Assembly: GCA_048882045.1 (NCBI GenBank)
Contig: JBHLRZ010000022.1
Coordinates: 1-56,560 of the forward strand
Length of the DNA stretch: 56,560 nucleotides
Direction of reading: 5' to 3'
DNA from: Candidatus Thorarchaeota archaeon
Lineage (GTDB): Archaea > Asgardarchaeota > Thorarchaeia > Thorarchaeales > Thorarchaeaceae
Below are positions 49,180 through 56,560 of this stretch, in pieces (the first letter of the stretch is position 1; each line of letters starts with the position of its first letter). The notes under the pieces are model-generated. The model had not been told where the DNA came from. It did no database searches and worked only from the letters and a program-made list of their open reading frames with translations. Made by a program: the position numbers and the translations under genes.

Positions 49180-49737
49180 CTAGCTACGGCATGATTCACA
49201 CAGGTATTCGCCGTCTTCCTCAATCAGATCAGTCGAGTACTCTCCGCAGCTATCACACTCGCCTCCGTAAGGGATATCGTCTTCTTCTTCCTCTATCTTT
49301 GCTCCCTCATTTCTTAGGCGCAGGGACTCAACTAGGATATCAATCAATTCCGGAGACCAACGTAGCAAGTCTCTGGATGTGATAATACCTGCAAGTGAAT
49401 CATTCTTTAGGACTGCAACTCGACGAATGTTACTTCTTGCCATCACCCTCATCGCCTCAGTCAATGCTGTGCCGGGTTCTACATGTATTATCGGTGATGA
49501 CATCACTTCACGGGCGGGTGTGGTCTGTGCATCTCTCTTTTCTGTTATAACACGTCTGACAATATCTGATTCTGTTATTATCCCAAGCGGTCGGTCTTCC
49601 TCAGTGATGATTATTGAGCCAATGTCCATCTTGGTCATTGACACAGCAACTTCGAACACTGTTGCATCTGGTGGCATTGTTACTACATTGACAGACATTA
49701 TGTCTCTCACAAACATTGAATGAGAGGGGTCAGACAT
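49180..49737 (-). CDS. CBS pair protein with C-terminal zinc ribbon
   Basis: VRDIMS, GIITESD, CDSCG...CESC. Confidence 0.85.
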   Translation of the reverse strand: MSDPSHSMFVRDIMSVNVVTMPPDATVFEVAVSMTKMDIGSIIITEEDRPLGIITESDIVRRVITEKRDAQTTPAREVMSSPIIHVEPGTALTEAMRVMARSNIRRVAVLKNDSLAGIITSRDLLRWSPELIDILVESLRLRNEGAKIEEEEDDIPYGGECDSCGEYSTDLIEEDGEYLCESCRS

Positions 49738-49870
49738 TTGCGTTACCTCAATTCTATCAGAAGTTGGTCGGACGCTCAGCCTACCGGCAGAGTGTCTTCT
49801 CGAGCTGGACTGGTCACTAGTTCAATTTTAAATGTGTCTGTACTCTCATTCAATCCTAATACTAGATACC

Positions 49871-51886
49871 CTATGATTCTATTTTCCCGCCACCAGCAGG
49901 TAGTATCCTCATCATATCTTCCTGTGGTATCTGACTCACTAGGCTTGCCTTGTCCTTAGGAACGAGGTTTTTCAGCTTTGAAATGAGTTCCTTTACAAGC
50001 TGCCCTTTCTTCACTGTTCCAGGTACAACACGAACATAGTATTCTGTCTGCGCTTCTACTGCGGTAGGTGGACCTGACATTGGAATGGCATGATCCTCCT
50101 CAAGCAACACTCCCACTCCAAGCTCAATAGGCATCCTCCGAATGTAGTTCTTTGTCCCATAGAGCATCACAGCCCCAGCTGGTAGGTATTCTCCTGAAGG
50201 AGGACTGAAGCTTACTTGTTCTGGATTTACCCAGTATGCATCACCACTAGAGAGTCCATCCTGCCATGCCCTCGAGAATGTGACCGCAAACTGGGCAGCT
50301 TCTTTTACAGTCTGCTCAGTAGGTGAATTCTCTGGTACTTTGATTACAGTGTACGGTGCCCCATGCAGAGCGGCGTGTAGAAAGATATCGTTCGGTCCCA
50401 TCTGTTTCTTTGCAAGATTCTCATTGCTCTTTACATCGCGCCCTCCAAGCACTAGAAATCCCTCTGAAGAGATGAACCATCGGAACTTCTCATACCATCT
50501 CTTCTTTCTGGCCTTGACTGGAACACGTTTCGTGTCCGGTTCTGAAACTCGTACTTCAAGCTTCTCCAGTTTCTCCTTTGTCTTCTCAATCTGTTTCTTT
50601 GCACCTTCCACCTTTGATTCCGCCTTCTTCGCCTGTTCGTAGGCCAGTGAGGCGTTGTCCTGAGCTGATAATCTGATGTCCAATGTCACATCTGCATCAT
50701 TCAGTTTCACAATGATCTGAGCTTGGGAGGGAATGATTCTCTGTATCAGCAGTGCCGATGGAATGCATTTCTTCTTGCCTTCCTCAATCCTACTGACTAT
50801 CTCCTCCCATGAATGACCTCCAGACCTTGCTCTCGTGATTGTTTCTAGTACTTCTTGCACATCTGAGAAGAAGGAATAGATGAGTTCGCCATTGTTTCGT
50901 AAGTTTTTTGCTTTTAAAACCAGAATTTCTATACTTTCATTCTGTTTGTCGATAATCCTCTGTAATCTCTTCTGTTCTCGAACCTGACCTTCCTGCTCCT
51001 GTTCGTCCTCAAGTTCGACCTCAGAAACCCCGAAGAACTCATCTACAGCTTGGCTGAATCGTTCAAAGGTTTCTATTGGGAGCTCCTGATACAGTTCAAA
51101 CCGGAACGGTAAGAACGCTATGAACTGTGGTTCCTCGTCATCAACAGGTTCGTCATCTAGAACTATGTTTGGTTCACTTACACCAGTCCTGAGCTTCTTT
51201 ACATAGCTCTGCAGGCCCTCTTCCAGGTCAGTAAGTGTCTGTCCGTCAATCTCTGGTGTCATCACCTTTGGAGAAACATTTGAGAGAGCACAAATCTCTT
51301 CACAGCTCAGCGAGTCCAGATTGAGTCTGCTGGCTAAGGTTCGTACTATGTTCGCATTGGAATCCGCAATTATCTCTGCAATCGCTCCCTCCTTAAGTGT
51401 CAATACATCAGTTCCTCTTGGTGGTGGGAACTCATACAGCGCTTTTGGAACGATATCACGGTCTCGCATTTTCCTGTAACGCATTGCTACAAAGATGAAG
51501 TCCTCTGGATCCAAGAGAAGCAGATTGCCATTTCCAAAGAGCTCCACAACTAGCTTGTAGGAGTTTTCCTCGTCCCCTACTTCAATGACTACAATTCTGT
51601 CAAGCTCATGCTGCTTGACAGACACTATCCTCTTGTCTTTCAAATACTTTCTCAGAACCGTACAGAACTTTGGAGGAACTCTCGGAGCCTTCCGTAGATA
51701 CTCAGTGAGGTGAATCCTTTGGCCTGGTTGAATGAGAAGTTGGGTTGTACCTCCTCCCGGTTGATAGAGTTTGAGGGTGAATAGGGTTCCGTATTGATAG
51801 ATATTCTTGATGAATGCACCATCAGCAACTTCACGTAGCTCTGGTAAAATGAGTCGAATGTCTACGTTGCTCATGGAGTTCTTCAT
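49871..51886 (-). CDS. rqcH: ribosome rescue protein RqcH / Rqc2-NEMF (NFACT) homologue
   Basis: MSNVD, LRKYL, ELFGNGN, WYEKFRWF.SS, VS.SPPSGEYL..G. Confidence 0.9.
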   Translation of the reverse strand: MKNSMSNVDIRLILPELREVADGAFIKNIYQYGTLFTLKLYQPGGGTTQLLIQPGQRIHLTEYLRKAPRVPPKFCTVLRKYLKDKRIVSVKQHELDRIVVIEVGDEENSYKLVVELFGNGNLLLLDPEDFIFVAMRYRKMRDRDIVPKALYEFPPPRGTDVLTLKEGAIAEIIADSNANIVRTLASRLNLDSLSCEEICALSNVSPKVMTPEIDGQTLTDLEEGLQSYVKKLRTGVSEPNIVLDDEPVDDEEPQFIAFLPFRFELYQELPIETFERFSQAVDEFFGVSEVELEDEQEQEGQVREQKRLQRIIDKQNESIEILVLKAKNLRNNGELIYSFFSDVQEVLETITRARSGGHSWEEIVSRIEEGKKKCIPSALLIQRIIPSQAQIIVKLNDADVTLDIRLSAQDNASLAYEQAKKAESKVEGAKKQIEKTKEKLEKLEVRVSEPDTKRVPVKARKKRWYEKFRWFISSEGFLVLGGRDVKSNENLAKKQMGPNDIFLHAALHGAPYTVIKVPENSPTEQTVKEAAQFAVTFSRAWQDGLSSGDAYWVNPEQVSFSPPSGEYLPAGAVMLYGTKNYIRRMPIELGVGVLLEEDHAIPMSGPPTAVEAQTEYYVRVVPGTVKKGQLVKELISKLKNLVPKDKASLVSQIPQEDMMRILPAGGGKIES

Positions 51887-51958
51887 GTCATCTCATCTCG
51901 CAAACAAACCGACATGATTATAACATCGTCGATTGAACCAGCCTCAATCAGGCTGTGA

Positions 51959-52309
51959 TTGAAGATGGATATTACTCCGCTTAAGAACCTCGCCAACCGG
52001 ATGTTTGGACGATGGGCTGGTTCGCCCAATGACCAACAGTACTATGTGAAGATATTCTTAGCCATTGTCAGTGGATTAGTCTGTGGTTTAGGAGGGTTAA
52101 CATTCGCGGGCACCCGCGGAGTACTTTTCGGTTTCCTCATGTATGTCCTTTCACTCTTCATAATCCGTTATCTCTTGGAAATCGAACTGGAAAAACTGGG
52201 TGGAACTCAGAAGATGATTACAAACTCTCTAGTATCTTTTCTGATGCTTTGGATAGTACTCTGGACATTGATCTATGCATTCATGATTCCATCAGCTCTA
52301 CTCCCATGA
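51959..52309 (+). CDS. EMC6-like three-helix membrane protein
   Basis: YYVKIFLAIVSGLVCG...G.L....Y and SF.MLW..LWTL.Y resemble EMC6. Confidence 0.55.
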   Translation: MKMDITPLKNLANRMFGRWAGSPNDQQYYVKIFLAIVSGLVCGLGGLTFAGTRGVLFGFLMYVLSLFIIRYLLEIELEKLGGTQKMITNSLVSFLMLWIVLWTLIYAFMIPSALLP

Positions 52310-52523
52310 ATCTAGTTCCTACAATTCATACTACTCTCATTTGAGAAATTCACAGTTTTTCTTTAATATAGTAATAGAGTAGAGAGAAAACTTGTATCAT
52401 TCTCAATCGTGTTTGAAGAGATTGCGAATAGTACAAACAGGCAAACAATCCTTAAAAACGCTCTTTGAGGAATTTCTCACTGCGCAAGAAACCCATCAAG
52501 AAGGGAATGGTGGCTTCCAGACC

Positions 52524-52994
52524 ATGGACCAGTTAGACAGAGACCTGCTTCACATACTTCAGAAGGACGCAAAGACGCCCTTTACGAAAATCGCAAAGGA
52601 GTTGAATCAACCAGACACCACCATTCATTTCCGAGCCAAGAGGCTCAAAGACAGCAACATAATTACACGTTTCTGCGCCTTGGTAAGTCCTGAAGCTCTT
52701 GGTTACACTACAGCAGCCATCCTCAGAATTGAGATTGGAGGTCATATTGTACCTGACATCAGTAAGGGAAGGGCCCGAACATTTGCTGATGAACTAGCAA
52801 AGGAGGAACATTACCTATGGGTGGCTGTGGAAGACGAACCTATGGTTGTCCACGCACTTATGATGGGTCTAGATGAAGATGATATTCGAATGAAGACAGA
52901 GAGCCTCCGCAAGTCTCCTGATATAGTGAACGTAACCATGACCCCGATCAACTCTATCGCCAAGGGGTGGGAAATCAGCGGAAACCCTGAGTGA
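52524..52994 (+). CDS. Lrp/AsnC family regulator
   Basis: MDQLDRDLL..LQKDAK.PF..IA.EL...TTIH.R..RL. Confidence 0.85.
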   Translation: MDQLDRDLLHILQKDAKTPFTKIAKELNQPDTTIHFRAKRLKDSNIITRFCALVSPEALGYTTAAILRIEIGGHIVPDISKGRARTFADELAKEEHYLWVAVEDEPMVVHALMMGLDEDDIRMKTESLRKSPDIVNVTMTPINSIAKGWEISGNPE

Positions 52995-52995
52995 G

Positions 52996-53739
52996 ATGAA
53001 TCCAATGACTCGTACTAAGACAGGAATCAAGGGGTTCGATGCTCTGATTGACGGAGGCATCATGGAAGGCAATACAGTTTTGATTTCCGGACAGTCTGGA
53101 TCTGGCAAGACAGTCTTTGGTCTACAGTTCCTGTATAATGGTGCCATGAAATATGATGAGCCAGGAATCTTTGTTACTCTTGAAACCCGTCCTAATGATT
53201 TGCGATCCGAAGCACTACAGTTTGGTTGGAACCTCCAAGACCTGGAGGCGAAAGGCGCGTTTACAATCATCGACGCCGCGTCTAGCAAAGCACAACTCCC
53301 AACATCTGAGAAATACGCACTTCGTCGTGGCTTCGACATGACAACCCTGGCTGAGGAAATCTACAGAGCAATCGATGAAACAAATGCAAGACGCCTAGTG
53401 ATTGATTGCATATCTGGACTTGGAATTGGACTCAGTGAACCTTCTCAGATAAGGAACGAGCTCTTCAAAATTTGTGCATTGCTACAAGAACTGAAGGTCA
53501 CTTCACTTCTGATCGGTGAGATTGTGGATCCTGAAACCCATAGCAGGGCCGGAGTAGAGCAGTTTGTCACACAGGGTCTGGTTACACTAAACCTGTCAGA
53601 GGTGAACGGGACACTCAAACGTGACCTTATGATATGGAAGATGAAGCAGACAAAGCACAGTCTCAAAGCACACCCCTTCTCTATAGGCAAGTCTGGTATC
53701 GAGATTGCCACAAGGAAGTCTTCCAAGAAAAGCGCTTAG
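52996..53739 (+). CDS. KaiC/RAD55 family ATPase
   Basis: TGIKGFDALI.GG, GQSGSGKT, RLVIDC, KMKQTKH. Confidence 0.85.
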   Translation: MNPMTRTKTGIKGFDALIDGGIMEGNTVLISGQSGSGKTVFGLQFLYNGAMKYDEPGIFVTLETRPNDLRSEALQFGWNLQDLEAKGAFTIIDAASSKAQLPTSEKYALRRGFDMTTLAEEIYRAIDETNARRLVIDCISGLGIGLSEPSQIRNELFKICALLQELKVTSLLIGEIVDPETHSRAGVEQFVTQGLVTLNLSEVNGTLKRDLMIWKMKQTKHSLKAHPFSIGKSGIEIATRKSSKKSA

Positions 53740-54218
53740 AACACAGCAAGCAGCTGTATTACCAGATATCCAACTAGAAGGAATGGAATCAGTGGTGGTG
53801 TGTCCTCGGTTTTCTTCGATCTCCAGTAGAGATAACCTCCTAACAGCATGATTGTCAGTTCCAAACCCAGTCCAACGATTCCTTCCATTACTGGTTGAGT
53901 CCACGTGCCTAGCTCGATTCCGGGACTGATGAAGGACACAATGAGCAAGACTTTGGCATCTGCTCCTCCAATTGAACCTAGTCTGAACAGAACATATGCA
54001 AGGGGTACACACAGCACAATGGCAGTTACATGTAGGACAGCGAATGTCCAGAAGTGTCCTGTGAAAAGGAGCATCACGACACCCGTCAAAACGCCTTCGA
54101 CGATATACTGGTTCTTGACTCTTCTTTCTCGAAGATCCAGATAGGAATAGGCCAACAGAAGCCATAGGGCGGTTATGAAGGACATAGTGGATGCAAATGA
54201 CAGGTCAAACGCCATCAA
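53736..54218 (-). CDS. prepilin peptidase (A24 family)
   Basis: SYLDLRERRV, GGADAK, PLIPF. Confidence 0.8.
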   Translation of the reverse strand: MMAFDLSFASTMSFITALWLLLAYSYLDLRERRVKNQYIVEGVLTGVVMLLFTGHFWTFAVLHVTAIVLCVPLAYVLFRLGSIGGADAKVLLIVSFISPGIELGTWTQPVMEGIVGLGLELTIMLLGGYLYWRSKKTEDTPPLIPFLLVGYLVIQLLAVF

Positions 54219-54368
54219 TTATCTACTCCTAATTATCAACCTACACACTTCCGTATATAGTCATGTTCTTTGGTCTTGACAGTAACACAGATTAAGCACT
54301 CCTAGGTTCCCGCGGCCTGTGTGTGGTAAATCAGTGCTACACAAATTCACGGTTTAGAAGCTGATAAA

Positions 54369-55256
54369 ATGGAAGATCCGTATCAAGTCATTCATGACAC
54401 TACTTTTCGTCTGCTGAAGAAGGCTGTGACAGAGCTGCCCCCTGACATCAAGGCCGCTCTTGAGAAGGCCAACAAGAATGAAACTGATGAAACAGCAAAG
54501 ACTCAGCTCTTAGCCATTCTTACAAACCTCGAGATAGCAGAAACCGGTGTTCCAATGTGTCAGGACACAGGAATCATGATTTTCTATGTCAAGGTAGGAG
54601 CCAAATTTCCCTACATGGGGGAAATTAAAGAAGCACTCACCAACGCTAGCCGCAAGGCTACAAAGGAAGTCCCGATCAGACCAAATGCAGTCAATCCAAT
54701 TGTTGGTGGGAACTCCGGGGACAACACTGGTGTGAAAATTCCCTGGATAAACTGGGAGATTATAGATGGTGACTTTGTGGAGATCACAGCATTTCCAAAA
54801 GGAGGCGGTAGTGAGAACGTCAGTATCGTTGGAATGCTCAAGCCGGGTGTGGGATTAACCGGTGTGAAGAAACTTGTTGTAGACAATGCGCTTTCATACA
54901 TGGGTAAGGCCTGCGCTCCTAACATCATCGGTGTTGGTATTGGAGGAGGTTCTGACATTGCCATCAAGATTGCAAAACAGCAGCTTCTTCGCCCCATTGA
55001 TGATAAACATCCAGAACCAGAGGTTGCAAAGATTGAGGAAGAGCTCACCGATGCCATCAACACAACAGGGATTGGCCCCATGGGACTTGGAGGGAAGACC
55101 ACTGTGCTTGGAGTGAAGGTTGATTATGCTATGCGCCACCCAGCAAGTCTTCCTGTAGGCGTAGCTGTACAATGCTGGGCTGCAAGACGGAGCACTGCAG
55201 TAATAACAAAAGATCTGAAGGTCACTTACTTGACCCATCCAATGGAGGGCGACTAG
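54369..55256 (+). CDS. Fe-S hydro-lyase (class I fumarate hydratase/tartrate dehydratase) alpha subunit
   Basis: PMCQDTG, PKGGGSEN, GIGPMGLGG, HPASLP, CWAAR. Confidence 0.9.
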   Translation: MEDPYQVIHDTTFRLLKKAVTELPPDIKAALEKANKNETDETAKTQLLAILTNLEIAETGVPMCQDTGIMIFYVKVGAKFPYMGEIKEALTNASRKATKEVPIRPNAVNPIVGGNSGDNTGVKIPWINWEIIDGDFVEITAFPKGGGSENVSIVGMLKPGVGLTGVKKLVVDNALSYMGKACAPNIIGVGIGGGSDIAIKIAKQQLLRPIDDKHPEPEVAKIEEELTDAINTTGIGPMGLGGKTTVLGVKVDYAMRHPASLPVGVAVQCWAARRSTAVITKDLKVTYLTHPMEGD

Positions 55257-55257
55257 G

Positions 55258-55866
55258 ATGGCAGAGTATCACTTGACTACCCCAATCTCGGAGGAAGACG
55301 CCCGAAAGCTGAAGGTCGGAGATGTGGTCTATGTCACAGGCGAGCATGTCTACACTGCCCGTGATGAGGCACATGAGAGAGCTCTCCATATGTTCGAGAA
55401 GGGTGAAAAGCCCCCAGTTGACTTTGAAGGCAGTGTAATCTATCATGTTGGCCCTGTTGCTTGGCAGAAGGATGGACTGTGGAAGATTGTGTCTGCTGGA
55501 CCGACAACCAGTATCAGGATGGAGCTCTTTGAAGACGAATTCCTACGAAAATACAAAGCCCGAATCATCGTCGGAAAGGGTGGCATGGGAAAGAAGACCC
55601 TCGATGCTTTGAAGGAAGTCGGTTCTGTATACTGCAGTTATACTGGTGGGTGCGGCGCTCTAGCGGCTAAAGGTTTGAAGACAGTCACTGCTTACGAATG
55701 GTCCGATCTTGGAATGCCAGAGGCTCTCTGGGTCATCACAGCAGAGGAATTTGGCCCACTCTTGGTGACAATGGACTCGCACGGAAACAGTATGCATGAT
55801 GACATGGACAAGCTTGTAGCAAATAGAATGGCTGATGTCTATGCAAAAATTGGGATTAAAGAATAG
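55258..55866 (+). CDS. Fe-S hydro-lyase (fumarate hydratase) beta subunit
   Basis: TARDEAH, GPTTSIRM, GKGGM, DLGMPEA, DSHG. Confidence 0.9.
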   Translation: MAEYHLTTPISEEDARKLKVGDVVYVTGEHVYTARDEAHERALHMFEKGEKPPVDFEGSVIYHVGPVAWQKDGLWKIVSAGPTTSIRMELFEDEFLRKYKARIIVGKGGMGKKTLDALKEVGSVYCSYTGGCGALAAKGLKTVTAYEWSDLGMPEALWVITAEEFGPLLVTMDSHGNSMHDDMDKLVANRMADVYAKIGIKE

Positions 55867-55868
55867 AC

Positions 55869-56249
55869 TTACAGAAAGAGAACTACGACTAACGAAAGAC
55901 CTGCCAGAATTGATACCACTGAAAACAGACAATAGAAGCAGCTCGCCTCACCCTGGTTCCATATCATTCCAGATTTGAAACCGAGGACCCCGCCAAATGC
56001 AGCTGCTACAAAGATAGCGACCTGTGGTGGCAATACAAAAACAATATTCGGCCAATCGTAGAATGTCACAAGATTGTAAATGGGAGATAACAGAATAATT
56101 GTTGCAATTGGAACTACAATGAGTGAACCGAGAATCAAACTTAGCATGCTAACGTTCGGATTGCGGGCAATATAATTCCCTATGACAATAGCGATAATCA
56201 TAGAGAGCATACAAGCAAGTACAGTTATTGTGATTGTAGTGAATGCCAT
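55869..56249 (-). CDS. hypothetical membrane protein
   Basis: four hydrophobic helices from ATG 56249. Confidence 0.6.
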   Translation of the reverse strand: MAFTTITITVLACMLSMIIAIVIGNYIARNPNVSMLSLILGSLIVVPIATIILLSPIYNLVTFYDWPNIVFVLPPQVAIFVAAAFGGVLGFKSGMIWNQGEASCFYCLFSVVSILAGLSLVVVLFL

Positions 56250-56390
56250 CTGAAACCCCAGCTCTATATCAAATATAATGAGATAAACATTGACCAAGAC
56301 TTTTCTTTGTAGCGCAACAGTAACTCTTAAAGAGAAGGGCCAGCCCCGACGGCTTAACCAAGGAGAAAGCTCTCCACTGGAGGACTCTAG

Positions 56391-56560
56391 TTGGACTACA
56401 AGACAATCATGTGCGACGTGCTTGTTGTTGGTGCTGGTGGTGCCGGTTGCCGTGCGGCAATCGAAGCATCCAAACACAACCTGGACGTTATCATGCTTAG
56501 CAAAGAGTTACTCGGAAAGGCTCACACTGCCATGGCCGAGGGCGGTTACAATGTATCCCT
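56391..56560 (+). CDS. succinate dehydrogenase/fumarate reductase flavoprotein subunit (partial, truncated by the window)
   Basis: TTG after GGAGG; DVLVVGAGGAGCRAAIEA...GKAHTAMAEGG. Confidence 0.85.
   Translation, partial: MDYKTIMCDVLVVGAGGAGCRAAIEASKHNLDVIMLSKELLGKAHTAMAEGGYNVS

Noticed and set aside
1-56560. Integrase, transposase or reverse transcriptase gene
   Set aside because: No ORF shows tyrosine recombinase (R-H-R-Y), DDE or RT motifs that I can recognise.

Overview
Archaeal genomic window. Gene content (archaeal ProRS, Taw1, Trm5, proteasome beta, CTP-dependent riboflavin kinase, Vps29-like and EMC6-like proteins, expanded TPR paralogues) suggests an Asgard archaeon, probably Thorarchaeia; this is inference. 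Housekeeping blocks (about 10-28 kb and 45-56.5 kb) alternate with accessory regions. Three tRNA genes were read by eye: tRNA-Asn(GUU) with three introns, tRNA-Ile2(CAU), and tRNA-Glu(UUC) with a variable-loop intron. The main unexplained structure is a set of tRNA-anchored single-gene cassette arrays. Downstream of tRNA-Asn, five direct copies of its 3' end delimit five one-gene units, four of them 720-744 bp. Downstream of tRNA-Ile2, two degenerate 3'-end copies delimit two more genes. At the left edge, four tRNA-3'-end-like repeats separate single genes. No integrase is recognisable in the window. Also present are a roughly 480-nt self-complementary candidate ncRNA (about 180-660) and a linalool dehydratase/isomerase-like gene with an HTH regulator and a palindromic operator. 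All protein calls come from motif recognition, not database searches.
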